A stretch of 64,000 bases of DNA from Camelus dromedarius (GCF_036321535.1 NC_087436.1:89902001-89966000); one strand, 5' to 3'. Shown: positions 1 through 14,895, counted from the stretch's first letter. Notes: generated by a model not told the origin, from the letters alone. Numbers and translations: made by a program.

Positions 1-309
1 TTGGAAGGATAGGAACTAGGTTTAGGGAACATTCAGCCAATATTTTTCAGCACCCTCCTAGAGTTTTTAAAAATGTTCCTCAAAATGAGATTCACAGACA
101 CTTGTGTTGGAATCAGTATTATTTATTTAAAAAGTTATTTCCTAGGTTTCTTCTAAGATCTGTGGAATCCTAATCCTAATTGAGGGGTGTGACAGTCTGT
201 CTTTTACTAATTAAAGCATTTGACTTTTTCTGAGGGCAGCCAAAAGCCATCATATGATTGGTGGGGTGGGTTGGGGGTAATATAAAAGATATGTGAAGAG
301 TCAGATTTT

Positions 310-865
310 CTGCAATCCAATCATTTGCATTAGAGACTGAGGGAAGGAAAAGCTGGTTTGAAAGCTGCTGTATGCCAGGCAAGAAATGATGGCCAGGGTG
401 ATGGGACTGAAGTTGGAAAGAACTGAAAAGATTTAAAAGATCTCTGTGTGGTGGAATTGACAAGATGTGGTGATCTGTTGGAGGAAGGGGCTGAAAGAGA
501 AGTATAGGATGAATGCTTGGGGGCATTGGGTGGATGGTGGTGCTAGTCACTGGGATATGGAACACAGAAAGAAAAGTTTTGTTTGCTTTTGATTTGGTGT
601 CTAGGGGATGAGAATTTATGCTTTGGATGTATTGAGTTGGGGGCTTTGAGAGAGATTTAGTTGGAGATGCGAGGTATCAGTCATAGATCTGGAGCTCAAG
701 AGAAGGGCTTAGAGTGCATCCTTTGGTAGTTGAAACTATGGGCGTACATGAATTCGTTCAAGGGAGGAAACTAAAGTGAAATGGTAATTATGCTTTTCTA
801 GAAACTCTAGAATAGAAGAAGATGAAAAAAAGATTGCAGAGGAGACTGAGAAGGAGCAACCATGG
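310..865 (-). mobile_element. LINE-2 fragment
   Basis: Typical antisense L2 text (tggatggtggtgcta..., atctggagctcaagagaag, ggagactgagaaggag). Confidence 0.7.
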
Positions 866-2446
866 GTGTCTGTCAAAATGAAAGGCATTCCCTTCCCCGA
901 ACCTTAACAACAAACATCAGAGACCACTGCCTTTCTTTCCTTATCAGATGCAGTGATGTCCAACAGTCAGGTATCTGTATCAGTAATGGCCCTCTATCCA
1001 GGTAGGATTCTGTATACTGAAGGAGTATGGTTCATTTGGTAATGGGATGAACCCATAGGTTTTGCTCACAGTAAAACCTCACTTAGGGAGTTGGGTAATC
1101 ATTCCAGAAGAGTGCAGGTAAGTGTAGTTTGACCAATTTGACTCCACTTCTTAACCTTTATGCAAGAGGGAGGGTTGTAGGAACTAAGGTACATCCAGTC
1201 ATAGCTCACTTGGCTGCCTTGGGAGAGAAGCATTCCTTATCATTCCTCCATTCTTTTGTATAAACTAAATAACAAACCACCATGCTGAACATGAAGTGAT
1301 TTTTAAAATAAAAAATTGCAGAAGTTGCATGTTCTTTCCCTAGGTTACAAGGGTGAGACATGTCTTCTTGGGAGAACGACACAGAACGTGTGTGCCTTGA
1401 TGAGGAATAATAGACACTGTCCACTGGTGTTACTCCCACACGTTCTCCAGGAGATACCATTACATGTAGATTATTGTCAGACACAGAAGGTCTCAGGTCC
1501 CATGATGAGCATTTTCCCAAGATTAACAACACCAGGAGAATGTGGTTTTCATGCCAATGCAGGAGAGCATTGCAAAAGTAGGGAGAGAACAATAGCGTCA
1601 TATACTGTGGTAAAGCCAAGAAAAGAATTTGAATGTGTCATTAGATTAAGAACAAGGAGATATTTGTTGATTGTGGTAAAAGCAACCAGATTGCAGTGGG
1701 CTGAGGCATGTGGGAGGTGAGGAAATGGAGAAAGGGTGGAGGCAACCTGTTTAGGCAGCGGGGTTGTGGAGTGGAGACACGACAGAGGGCAGTAGCTGTA
1801 GGCATCATAGCTATCAGAGAGGCTTTTATTTTTAAAGATTGCATTGAACTTCTCACTGTTCTCCGAACATGCCTTTATCTTTTACAAGTCTCTGGCCTTG
1901 CAAATGTTTTTCCCTGTTCTTGTTATGCTTCCCTCCTACTTTGCCAACTGGAGATCTTTCATTTATTCAAAGCCAAACTCAAATTTCATCTCCCCTGATG
2001 TTTTTCTCGGCTGCTCTAAGTAGAGTCAGTGTTCCTTGTTCCCGTGCCCCACCACATGGCGTTCACACGTTTCTATGACTTCGCGCACTAGGGAAATCTT
2101 CACATGTCTTTCTTCTTTACTGCAGTCTGAGCTACTAGGAGGCATGAGTTGTGTTTGTTCTTTTTTCACAAGATTTGCTAAGCGCATACTCTGTAAATAC
2201 TTAAGTATAACCAGGGCTGCTTGCGTGGTGCTCACAGTGTAATGGGGGACAGCTAAGGGAAAAAAGCATCCATTTTAAAACAGTGTGATCACGTTTTTAT
2301 TGAAGTATTTGTGGATTAATATGGTAGCAGGGGGATGTGGGTAGAACATATCTATCTGAGAAGGTTTCTAGGAAAAGAAGATGGTGGAGGAGGACAAACA
2401 AGGATTGGCCAGCGACGTAACGGAAAGAGTAAAACACGAAGAATAA

Positions 2447-2686
2447 GGGGGTGGGGAGTGGGAAGAGATAGACCGGGATTTCAAAATTGTAGAATAGATA
2501 AACAAGATTATACTGTATAGCACAGGGAAATATATACAAGATCTTATGGTAGCTCACAGAGAAAGGACTGTGACAATGAACATATATATATGTTCATGTA
2601 TAATTGAAAAATTGTGCTCTACATTGGAATTTGACACAACATTGTAAAATGATTATAAATCAATAAAACAAAGTTAAAAAAAAAAA
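2447..2686 (+). mobile_element. 5'-truncated young L1 3' end (camelid/artiodactyl-like)
   Basis: G-rich tract, actgtatagcacagggaa motif, AATAAA and poly-A tail. Interrupts an older L2. Confidence 0.85.
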
Positions 2687-3209
2687 CCCAAACAGCACAA
2701 ACTGAAAGAATTTGTTGAATTTAGAAAAAATGTAAAAGTTCAACATGACTGGAGCCTAGAGTACTTTTAGATACTGGGGGGGAGAAGAGGCTAGAGAAAA
2801 CTTAGAACCAGATCATGAAAGCCTTATAGCCAACTGCCCAACAGCGCCATGAAAGCATCCCTAGTGAAACTCAAAACGTGGTCGATCTCGGTTGTCACAG
2901 GTCATAGTGTAGAAAACCGCTTTTTTTTTTTGTATGTGTCAATATATTTTAAAACATAACTATTATAGGCAAGAAACGCCTACTGTGATTAGTTTAATGC
3001 ATTTATACAGAAGTACACACACACAAATGTACGCCCTCCACACTTGTGAATTTAAGGATTAGGGTATTGCACGCAGGGGACTGACGTAAGGTATATGAGA
3101 GCTTTTCTACCACCTGCCTCTGCTGGTGCCTTTTGCCTCGTGTACCATTTGAGCTGTTATTGTCCAGAATCTTTGTCACTACATTTAACTTCCAGTGACT
3201 CCTCACACT

Positions 3210-3535
3210 CACTTATTCATGGACTAATTATCGTTCATTTCCTATGTTCCAGCCAGTTAGATACTGGTGATGCATTGAGGAAGGAGGTCGTTGTCCCTGT
3301 TCTCAGTGTGGAATAAAAGTTGGCCAAATGCAGGAAAGTGAGACTGCAGCAGAGATCAATGAGTTGGGCTAGTAAGACGGAGTGTGACACAGCGGACGCC
3401 CCACAGGATCTGTATTGCTGTAGACAGAGTATACAAAGAATTGCTGAACCTGAGACTAGAGAGGTAATGGAGGGAGAGGTCACTGCAGGGCTTTGGAGGC
3501 TGTGAGAAAGCATCTGAACTTCATCCCAAGGGCTT
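3210..3535 (-). mobile_element. LINE-2 3' fragment
   Basis: cactcacttattcat...cctatgttccagcc... antisense L2 3' end pattern. Confidence 0.55.
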
Positions 3536-4209
3536 TAGAAATTCAACTGATCAAACTCATTCTTTGGATCTTCTTTCCCCACATCCTGACAATATCTGGG
3601 GTGCATCTTCTGGCTTTCTGTTCAATTTTAAATATCCAAGAACCCAGTCCAGTGCAATTTAAACATCAATCTCTTATGCCATTTAGATCTTCTCTCCTTT
3701 TCTCAGCTATGGTCACAGGTAAGGGGTGCACAGTAGGTGATGGGCAGTGATCTACTCTTCCTCTCTTCTCTCTGGGTCTTCTGGAGTAGAGACAAGGGAA
3801 GGGGAGATTAGAAAAGGGGGGGATATCGTCTTACTTAGTTTTATCTGTTAGTGGTTCCCTCTGCACAATCAATGACATTTGTATGCCTGGGGGATAAACA
3901 CAGGACCAATCATGGGCACTCTTGTGATTTCTTCTCAATGACCTCCTTATTGTCTGAAACACCAACAGCACAGGTGGCATACTCTTTCATGGACCGCTTG
4001 CGGCATCCTACTAACCCCTGTCCCTGGCACTTGGTGAATTTTTGCTGCTGGGTGTCACTCCTTTGCCAGGCCCCCCTTTTCCTGAGTATAGGGAATGGGC
4101 GAGAAGGATACTTGGAAGATGATTTATACAGGCTGCCTTCTTTGATGTCCAAACTGTTTCTAAGAACTTTACAAGTGTTATCCCTTCTGCTTCATTCTTT
4201 TAAGAAATA

Positions 4210-4720
4210 AGTTGTATTATTATCACCATTTTACAGATAAGTCAACTGAAATAAAGAGAGACTAAAGAACCTGTTCAAGGCCAAGTACCCCGGTCTACCT
4301 AACTTGAAAGCTCATGCTCTTAACATCTGTTTCATATTACTCAACTTATTAATATTGTTGTTATCCTTCAGTCTTGTTGTTGAGTCTGTTTAAATGTGGA
4401 AAGAAGACTTGAACAGAGATTCCAAAACTCCAGGCTCAGCCTGCGACTAAATTCTCCCTGTGACTTTCCATAATACATGACTAGTACCTATTTTTAATCT
4501 ATAAAAGAAGGAAATTTCACTCTGATGTCCTACCTCCAAGAATTGTTTTTATGTATGGTACAATGAAAAGAACATGGTGTTAGGAAGCATAAGGTTACAG
4601 TTCAAATTTTGGCTTTCTCTCTCTTTTTTTAAATGAATATGGCTTTTAAAGTATTCACCTGTGAAATGGGAATACTTCTCATATTTAATAAGGTTATTAT
4701 GAATTTCAAGTAGTAAGTTA
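4210..4720. mobile_element. Cluster of MIR SINE fragments
   Basis: MIR core motifs (ccattttacagataag...actgaa; cacctgtgaaatgggaata...aaggttattatgaattt). Confidence 0.6.
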
Positions 4721-7445
4721 TATCAAAGTGAATTGCAATTAACATATAACTATTAATCATTTTGGTACTTTGATTAGATATATTTTAATAATCTACTGTT
4801 AGAATCTGAATCTTTAGTATCAGTTTTTAATTTTTTTTTAAACTTGTTAGGAATCTAGTTCCAAAGAGAAAGCCCAGACATCTTGCCTGCACAATGGTCT
4901 GAACATGCAGTAGCCATGGTGGTCTGCAGTCTGTGTGAGCTTCTTTGCATAATGAGGTTTTATGATCTGTACTAATTGGGTTTATTGACACTGCCAATCT
5001 GTTCTTAAGCGTCTCACTTTTTTGCAATTTTTGCAATGCTAATACTGGGCTAAATTCATGGTTACACCCCTTTGAAAACCAACTGAAGGTATTGGAGCTT
5101 AACCAGTCTTGTATAGTCTAAGGGTGTTATTTCTTTCATTGCTATACACCTGCTTCATAAACCACATTTTTCTTCATTATAGAAGAAGCACACTAATTGG
5201 AACTTACTCAGAGGAGACTAGCCTTTAACAGTAAAAGGGTATAATGAAATAAATTTTGGTACTTTAAAATATACCCAGTAAATCAACGCAAATGAGGAGT
5301 CACTTCAAGAGCAGTCCTGCAGTTTGGTTATGTTTTAGTGAGTAGATAGAATTCTTCAGAAATGGGCTACAAGCATTGACTTATAATTAATGTAGCCAGG
5401 TACTAAAAAATATGCTGCCTTCACTAAGTTACTGTGTCCTTGAAAGTATGTTTTACTATAAACTGGGCAATAGAGAACGATTTCCTTCTTCACAATACAT
5501 TTTTTGGACATAGTACTCAGTGTAAAGACAGTAATAGTACTCAATAGTAAAGACACTGGGCTGGGAACTGCATGCTTGTATGGGTTCTGCCCCTCACAAG
5601 CTTGGAAACTGGGCAGTCACTAAAATTATTTATAATCCCATCTACAAAAAGGAGAAGTTAGATCAAATTTCCTGTAAATACTTTTTTAAACTTGAAGTTT
5701 CTGGATTCTTCAACTCTTGGGTCACCCAGCATTCTCAGGTGTCCTGTACACAGGCCTGAGGATAGCTATGTGCTGATGTCCTTATGAATTTTTTTTGTTT
5801 CTTTTTAGTTGTTTGTGTGTCCTCTGAGCAATTTTGTAGTTGATGTTGGTATCATTTATTTCTTCTAAAACCTCAGTTAATGGGTCTAAATCTTGTTTGT
5901 GTGAAGATGTTGCATTATTCTGTGCTTCTCTGGCAAGTTTCTTGCAACACACAAATCAAATGATTACTATATCAGTATATACTCATGTCAAACTTGAGGT
6001 TTAAGAAACCTTTCAAGGATATTTTTTTCAAAGACTGAGAATGTGCATTATATATGCATTTAAAGGAATCAAATGCAAATAATCTATTTGGAAATTCTAT
6101 TGTAATTTACTGGATGTACAATAAATATTTGATTGAAATGTCTCCTTTTCCTCTGTTTTAATCTCAAAAGCAAAACCACAAAACTTGTGAATTAACTAAA
6201 TTAACTGTATTTACTTATGTATTTCTATGTCTATATCTACATGCTTTTGTACTAATATATTGAAGTATTCTAGGAGAAGCACAAAAGCAGAAATTTGAAT
6301 AAGTTAAAAAACATTATTTTCAGGTATAATTTTTACATCATTAACAAAATAGATTTATTTTCACTCCCACTTAAGATTTCTATTCATGAGATTATTTTAG
6401 CAATTAATATGTTTAAATGCACTTTATTATTTTTAAATATCTTTCTTAAATATTTTATAATATAGCAATCAACAGTCTGATTCTAAATTCATATTATTCT
6501 AACACTTGTCTTAATGACTGCTATAGATGTAAAAGACATGTAAGTTCAAATTTGAGAAGTGCATCATTGGCTGTGAGTTACTGAACCATTATGCCAATTT
6601 TTAAAAAAAACATCCACCAATTTTAGATGTTCGCCTTCATGTTCTGGATGTCTGGTTGTTAAAACAACTTACTTTTTGCAATGTCCTTATGCCATCAATA
6701 GCCAGTATTTAAGGTGAAGCTCACCATGAAATGCAGTGGGTGTAAACTCATATTTTAATATCCTTATTGAAAATTACGAATTTGCTTTTGTACACTTAAT
6801 TTTAGAGTTAAGTTCATCATTCTTTATGTGGGCTAATGAAGAACTCATATGAGGCATAGAAGTGATATCCTCTTTTCTTATTGTTCACTTGCGTTTGTGG
6901 AATTATTGGTGGTTTCTTCAATCCATGGTGTTATTTAGCAATTTTTAAGTCAGTTGTCTATTTTCACTTGAGTTAGTTTAATCAAAACTAGATATTATGA
7001 CTTAAAAAGTCACCCGAGTACAAATCGCAGTGTGCTGCAAGTGCGTAAACTCAGTGTCCCTTGACCGTCTCTGGGTGGCTGCTTCTCTTCCCATAGGACA
7101 CAGTGAGAGCGCCATATATACATACAGCGATCCATATGTTATTTACTCACAAAGCCTCATTTACTTCTTATATTTAGATAATAATTTTATATAAAATAGA
7201 TTCTAGTATCTTGTTCCTACATCCAAATGGATGTACATATTTCACTTTGTAAGTCACTGCTCTAAGCTGAGTATCCTGCTTCTGTGCACAAGCTTTCATT
7301 TAATTTAGGTACAATACAGTTGATTACACCTTGATATCAGACTCATATAACTTTCATTGGAGTCATATGATGAAGAGAAGTTTCAGATGTTCTCAAACTC
7401 TTTGTTCATTCACAAGAATCTTTTTTTCCTCTCACAGAGGGCTAG

Positions 7446-7971
7446 TGTGGTAAGCTGCAATGATGGCACCCAATCTTCACCCCTTTCTATATCCACATCT
7501 TCTTTTCTCACTTAACTTTGTAATGCCCTCCCACTGACAGTGAGGTGACCTACAGTAGTACTTGTCACTCAACTCAATGGTGTGACTTGCTTTGGCCAAT
7601 GGGATGTTAACAGACATTACACAAGCAATGACTTAAATGGGCTTGTGCATTAGGGCTTGTTATTGTGTATACTTCTGCCAGCATGAGAAAGATAAGCCCA
7701 TGGTAGACCAGTGGTTCCTGGAGTAGGAGGCTGAGAGACACTTGGAACAGAGCTGAGTTGCCCCAGTGGCCCGTACACTATATTAGCTCAGATTAGCTAA
7801 TGGCCAGCTAACCCACAGATACAAAAGCAAGAACAGCTGAGATCAACTGAGCCCAGGTGAGATCAGCTGATCTCCAGTCTCATGAGCTAATAATAATTGT
7901 CTGCTTTTTTAAGCTAGTGCATTTTAGGTGATTTTTTTTTTTTTTTACATGGCAATAGCTTAATGATATAA
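7446..7971 (+). mobile_element. MaLR solo LTR (MLT1G/H-like)
   Basis: Begins TGTGG, contains tgtgacttgctttggccaatgggatg, ends gcaatagct-aatgata. The 5-bp GCTAG occurs on both flanks (7441-7445, 7972-7976). Confidence 0.8.
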
Positions 7972-8217
7972 GCTAGTATCTAGATTTTACTGGTTTAACT
8001 CTGATTTCCCTTAAAGACACTTACAAATTTAGGAGTGGGAAAGAGTACTTTATTTTCCTTCTGTTTGCATACTCTGTGTACTCCTCAACCCATCGCATTT
8101 TGGCTTCCTTTCTACTAAACTTTCAAGATCTTTCAGTGCTATTTGACACTGTTAATCTCTATATGCTTCTAATTTTTCTTTTCTCTTAGTTTGATTTTTT
8201 TCTCTCCCTCTACTCAT

Positions 8218-8240
8218 TGTGTGTGTGTGTGTGTGTGTGT
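8218..8240. repeat. (TG)n microsatellite
   Basis: Perfect TG run. Confidence 0.95.
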
Positions 8241-8539
8241 TTGCTCTTTTATGATTCTTCTTCCTTAATTTTCTAGAGTTATTTTCTTATTCATTTTAAT
8301 CAGTTAATTATGGAACATCTATACAAGTTACCCTGCTAGCCTCATCCTTTTAATTATCACTGCTAAAAACACTATAACCTGGGACATGTCCAGTATATTT
8401 GTAATCACATTAAATGTACATGGACTGAATTACCTTCCCATTAAAATAAGGAAATGATCAGATTCAACAAAAAATTTTCTTAAGATATTTTCAATAAATT
8501 GGAAATTATTAGCATCTTCAGAGCACAGTCTCTTATTAC

Positions 8540-10170
8540 AAATGGAGTAAAATTAAACACCAATGATGAAAATATTAATTAAAGAAACCAATGTATTTGG
8601 AAAATAAAAACAATGTCTCCCACATAGAGAAAAAGAAAAGTCATAGTAGAAAGTATGAAACATCTTCAACTGAACAATAATAAAAACACTATTAATTATA
8701 ATTATTATATAGCTGTAGAAATCATGGCTTTGGAATTGATGCAGGTGTAGACAATAGAAAAGAGACGTCACAAACAGATCTATGCTGATGTGGACACTAA
8801 ATACATGAGAGAAATGTCATTGCTGAACTGTGGGGAAAGATGGACCAATCAATAAATGGTACCAGAAAGTTGTTTTTCCATTTGAAAAAAAATGGTTCAA
8901 TTGATCTGTATTTCATATGATACACAATAATTCCAGGACCTAAACGTTAAAAGCAGAACTTTGACATCTTTAAAAGAAACATAGAGGGATATATTTATGA
9001 TATTTTGTATACCTTTGTGCTATTTATTATAACTCTTTTTGAGTTCTGTATTTTCTAAACTATTCGTAAATAGAAAATATAAAAAATTTCTATAATTCAA
9101 TAAGAAAAAGACAATCTAAAAGGAAATTGAGCAAATCACATGAATAGACAATCCATACAAGAGAAAACTAGAGTATTTAATAAACCAACATATGAAAATA
9201 TGTTAAATTTCACTGGTTTAATAGAAAAATCCAAGTGGCAGCACTATAACCATTTCAAACCAATCACAATGGCTAAAATGAAACAGTCTGTCTACACCAA
9301 GTTGTAGAGAAAGAGAAAGTTCATACTCTACTAGTGGAGATATAAATGTGCACACCTCTTAGGATTTCAATTTGACAGTATCTCCTTATCATTGTAATGT
9401 ACACTCCTCTTACAATTTCAGTTTGGCAATATGTTGTTATTGATTGCACATATAATAAATTTTAGTAACCCCACTTGTCAGCACTCTGAAGCAGTGGTGG
9501 GTATACCACGATCCATGGGCCAAATCCTGTTGGCTGCCTTTTCTTGTAAACAAAGATTTATTGGAATATAGCCACTCTGACTCATTTAAATGTTGCCTGT
9601 GGGGGCTTGCACACTACAACAGCAGAGTTGAGTAGTTGTGATACTGACCACACGGCCCTCAAAGTCTAAAACACTAAGTGGCCCCTGATGGAAAATGTTT
9701 GCTGACCTCTGGTCTAGGGTAACTCTTATACTTTTGTCCTAAAAGCATTGTGTAATAGTGTTCATAGCAGTATTGCTAGCAATAGTGACAAGGAAAAAAA
9801 ATATTTAAAAGCATGGAAAAAGGAGGCATACTGTAAAATATTCTTAGGAGGTAATGCTAGGTATCAATGAAAATGAAGCAAAGGACTAGATGTATTGCTA
9901 TGAATAAATCTCAACAACGTAACTGAAAAAAGTGGTTTCAGAAAAGTATACACAGTATGATCTCATTTATATAAATGTTAAAAATGTGACACAGAACACA
10001 TATATTTATATAGTAAATATGTAAGCCTTTATGTGGGAATGAGAAACACTGAATTCAAGATGACTGTTTCCTCACAGAGCAGGAAAATGTGCTTGAGGAG
10101 GGACACACAGGAGAGAAAACACGTGAATTATGTTTACGCTTCTTGTTGGTGATGGCTACCATGTATTTGC
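8540..10170 (+). mobile_element. Old L1M (L1ME-like) ORF2 3' part and 3' UTR, interrupted by MER58A
   Basis: Degenerate L1 ORF2 C-terminal motifs (caataaatggtaccagaaa, aaacatatgaaaatatgtt, catttcaaaccaatcacaatggctaaaat). Confidence 0.7.
9492..9711 (+). mobile_element. MER58A-like hAT-Charlie DNA transposon
   Basis: About 220 bp. Matches the recalled consensus (gggccaaatcc...ttattggaa-a-agccac...gcagagttgagtagttg...aaaatgtttgctgacctctg). Confidence 0.85.
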
Positions 10171-11809
10171 AGTGTTCTTTTTACTCTCTTATGTGTCTGA
10201 AGACAAAAATAAGACAATGCACAGATGAAAGCCATGGTGCCTTTTCTGAAGACCTGTTGGCTAGTTGGGAGGCAGAAGAAGAAAAGTGTAATTTCAGTAT
10301 ATGACTTTGTAGTAATGGAAAGCTTTACGAGTAACAAAGATACACAGACAGCTGACTGCATATCTCCCAACTGTTGAGGGGACCAGAAGCATGCTTATCA
10401 GTAGAGTTCTTGACTCAGGCAGGTGGGGAACTTGCTTTATCTGAGGAATGCAACGGATGGGGACTGTTGGAATTGTTCAGGGCATAACATGAATGTGCCT
10501 GGTTGCAGGGAGTGGGCGGAAAGGCACAGGTTGCCTTGGATAGGTTGGCCAAGCCCTCTCTAGGGACACTGTGGATGCTTAAAAACAGTGTTCCTGAAAA
10601 CGCTTTTTAAAAAGAGCTCACCTAAAACTTAAGGTTTATAAACCTTGAGTATCTCCTATGTGGTGGGTCTGTAGCAAATGCTTGTTACAGCAATAGATTC
10701 GGAAACAGATAAAAGATCCCATAATTTTGCAGAAATGAAAAAATCAAATTTGAAGTTCTATGAAAAGTTGTAAAATGTATTTAATTTGCCTAGACAGGTA
10801 AATGTCCTATGTGTTCACATCAGACCTGGATTTGAGGGAACCACCGGTTGGAAAGAAACACTAGCATAAAAACTTATCAGATAGCAAAAACTCATCTCTT
10901 AATCTAGTTTTTTAAAAAATTGAGTTGCATTTATATAGAATTAAACTTAAAAAATGACTAAACCACAGTGGGTTAGATTATGAAATTTTCTCTTACTATC
11001 CACTTCCTGACTTAAGCCATCACCCGTGACTAATGTTTATTGTCCTCATCCATTCAATTTTTGAGGGATTACTGGGAATCATTTACCTGAGTAAGGTTTG
11101 TACACATGACCTGATATTTTCATAACTACGTGGGCTTTATAATGTCCTTTTATACACACACAATTTTAGTTGAGTGAAATTGTCAATTGCTGAAGTGTTT
11201 ATTTTCAAACGTAATGACTGGGACTTTGTGCTCAAAGGACAATTTCTGAATTTTCAATCTCAGGTGTGTCACTGATTTTAGTTATTTATCATGGAAGTGT
11301 TTGCACAAACATACACTGACAAAAAAATTAACATTCAGTAGGCTGTCAGTATTCATCAAAATTGTGAATCATGTATTTCATCTAAAATGTATACATTCTC
11401 TTATCTTAAGATAGAGGGGGAAAGAAAAGAGAGGGGAAGGGGGGGATGAGTAAAAGAGGATGAGAAAGAGAGATATTGATGAAACTAACTTCAAGTATTG
11501 GAGGATGATAATAGGGAAATTGATCACTAGCTGGTCTATATGACTATTTAAAAGTGCCCTTAACCTGAGAGAGTTTATTTGCAAAATACTCATATTTTAA
11601 GTATTCTAATACCTTGTCAAAGTATTTTATTACAACACATTTTATAAAAAAGCTTTATTGAAATCAGCATTCCCTAATACATACTTTTTAACAATATGAT
11701 ATCTCACCATTGTTTTCAGATTTAAAAAGAAATAAGGTATTTTACAACTTCTTTGGCAATGAATGATGACTCATATAGATCTGATAGTGTGTTTAATTAA
11801 TAGTTGTCT

Positions 11810-11876
11810 TTCTTTCTTTTTTTCTGTTTTCTTTTCTTTTCTTTTCCTTTCTTTCTTTCTTTTTTTTTTCTTTTTG
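11810..11876. repeat. (TTTC/TTTTC)n pyrimidine simple repeat
   Basis: Direct observation. Confidence 0.9.
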
Positions 11877-12199
11877 CTGAGAATCAGGTTCCTTGCTTAT
11901 TCTTTCTTGAGATGAATGCCTTAGGACAATCCACCCAGACACTGACCAAGCATGCCCCCTCTCCAAGTAGTTCTAAACTATAGGATCTATAGGATGCAGT
12001 AAAGCACTTTGACTAAGACCTTGTGCCACTGAATGAGTCCAGATTAAGTAACTTTATTATTTTCTTTTCATATTAATATGTGACTAATTCTATAAGTACG
12101 TATGCTTTACCCCATTGTAAGTGGCAATGTTTATTTGTAAGATGAAGGAATAATCTTTCAAAATTCACTCCTCTTGAAATGGCTTTCTCAAGCTATTTA

Positions 12200-12621
<422 letters not shown>

Positions 12622-13050
12622 TAACCAACCAGCCCTCCTACTTGTCAACATTTTCATAATGAATTATTGAGGTACACATAGTATGCTTTCTAAATGCTTG
12701 TGTATCAAAAAAATAAAAATAGAAAATAGTACTTACGAGGAGTTTGAGTCTCATCTTAGTGTGTTAAAACCTAAAAATTGCCTTAACTATTAAGAATTGA
12801 TTTTTTTGGCAATTTACTTTTCATGCTACATTTTAGTTAAGTATAATTTTAATATGACAAAATTTTCTTTATACCAGTATATAACTTTATTTTTAATATC
12901 TCATCAAATATCCCATCAAATTTAAATAATTTTAAGCAAGTTTTATTTAATTTAATATTTACTCTAGTGGAAAAAAAAACTTTTAAAACGCAGGGATGTA
13001 GTTTTTGTTTAATATTGGTTGCAAGTAAATTGGTACCATAAGCATACGTA

Positions 13051-13130
13051 TTAGATTGAACCATATGAAATTGCCATTTTGTAAGTCAAAAAGTGCCATG
13101 TAACATCAAGTTCATATGATTCAACCCTAA
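13051..13130. mobile_element. MADE2-like mariner MITE
   Basis: 80 bp with terminal inverted repeats ttagattgaaccatatgaa / ttcatatgattcaaccctaa, preceded by TA. Confidence 0.85.
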
Positions 13131-14438
13131 AAAACTCATCCAAAGAAATACACAGTTGCTGACTCTAACAGCTAGTCCATTTTAACTTTTCTCATGAATT
13201 AATCTTTTAAAATAAATTACTTATAGTATGTTACAAAGAAAACAATCACAAATCTAATAAAATAATATATAATCTAAAATGTAAGTGTTTGATAAAGGTT
13301 TTAAAGCATAGGTAACGTTTGTCAGCATTATACGTAGACAGATTTGTATTCCAGGCATTTAATGTGTTATTATTTCATATGCAATATTAAATTGTGGGTT
13401 CCAGCTGTGAAAGTTATTTAAGAAAGGGTAATAATACAGTCCTGATCTTTAAAGAAAACAGTCTTGAAGACTCATTGCTAAGTGACCATTGCCCAAAATG
13501 GGAGTGTTAGCTATTCCTTCTGCCTCACTCTCTCTGAATATTGCAATCCAGATGCAGCACCCTCATTGATTTTACGTGTTGATCATTCCTGTGGATTGAC
13601 AATGATTGGAAATTTGGGGTTGAAACAAAATGTAGGCTGAGAACACACAGAGTTTGGAAAAATATTGCATCGGATTCTTCTTAAAATACTCTCTTAGAAG
13701 TACATAAGCTGTAATTAAATGGTTTGTCACATTTGTTTTCCTCACCATAAGACTCTTCTGTAAATTCAATTTAATACCTACTTTATCTACTTTACCTCTG
13801 TGTAAAAATGGAATAATTAATAACTTTATAAAAAATTTGCTGATTACTCTTAATATTCATAACTTGTGTCTATAATTTGACCAGTAGTCTAGTCTCAACA
13901 AGCTATTTATAAGAGATAAATTTATATACATATCTATGTCTGTATTTATATTTATATATATGTATCTCTATACAGTATATGATACTCATTCAAAATTTAT
14001 GTATTTTTGAAGGGGCCTCCTCTGAGCCAGTATTGAATTCTTGTATCAGTTTTGCTATATGGTTGTTGATGGGATGCTGGGGGGAAATAAAATTCTTTTT
14101 ATGATATAGATTTTTTTCATTGAGATTTCTATGAAATGTTAATATTGAAGTTAATAGGAAAATAACCTTCAAAAGCACGTATATAACTTCTTGACTAACC
14201 ACAGAGTACAAAATGCTTAAGTAAAGTATATTTTTAAATAAGCATTGTTACTTGAGCTAATGCCTTCTGAAGGATCACCTAAATGTGAAAGAACAAAAGC
14301 ATATTTAAATGTGAATTAGCCTAATACAATGCTACAATGAAGGTCCTATCTCATCATTAATTCTGTTGACAACAATAAGGAGTGATTTATCTTGACTTGC
14401 CAATTTACCTAAACAAAGAGTGGAATTTTGACTTCTAG

Positions 14439-14521
14439 GCTTACGGTTCAAGCTGAATGTCCAATGCACTTGGAGGATTTTCCAATGGATGCTCACTCAT
14501 GTCCTCTGAAATTTGGCAGCT
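14439..14521 (+). CDS. GABRA2: GABRA2 Cys-loop exon (83 nt)
   Basis: ttctag| ... |gtaagt. Encodes (R)[27 protein letters not shown](Y), the C-x13-C Cys-loop. Phase 2 to 1 matches both neighbours. Confidence 0.98.
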
Positions 14522-14895
14522 GTAAGTATGGGGATGAAGGTACATGTTTTGGGTCAATAAAATCAGGGCTAGTCAGCAGCACTACTTAATTGTATAGTTT
14601 CTTCTTATATGATGGGATGCTTAATACTTGTCCAATAAGATGCAGAAATAAAAGAAATACTGATTTCCCTCAAGTAATCCACTGGCTAGCCCTGTTTTAC
14701 TCTCAAATATAATTATATTTTAATTATTGTTTTTAGTTACTGCTAATAAAGAACAACCTGTTTTTATACATTGAAAAAGTAGACTGGGAGCTCCTTGAAG
14801 GTCAGGACTATGTCATTTACCTTTTTTCTTTTCAAGTACTAGCACATTAAAAATGCAAAATAAATAAATTTTTTTCCAACTAAGAATGAAATGTA

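Noticed and set aside
1206..1720. Overlapping 137-aa and 134-aa ORFs
   Set aside because: No recognisable domain or splice structure. An LILG stretch only faintly recalls a LINE endonuclease, and the region is probably old repeat or unique intron.
2576..2597. Perfect 22-bp palindrome ATGAACATATATATATGTTCAT
   Set aside because: Lies within an L1 3' UTR and is centred on a TA run, so it is easily produced by drift.
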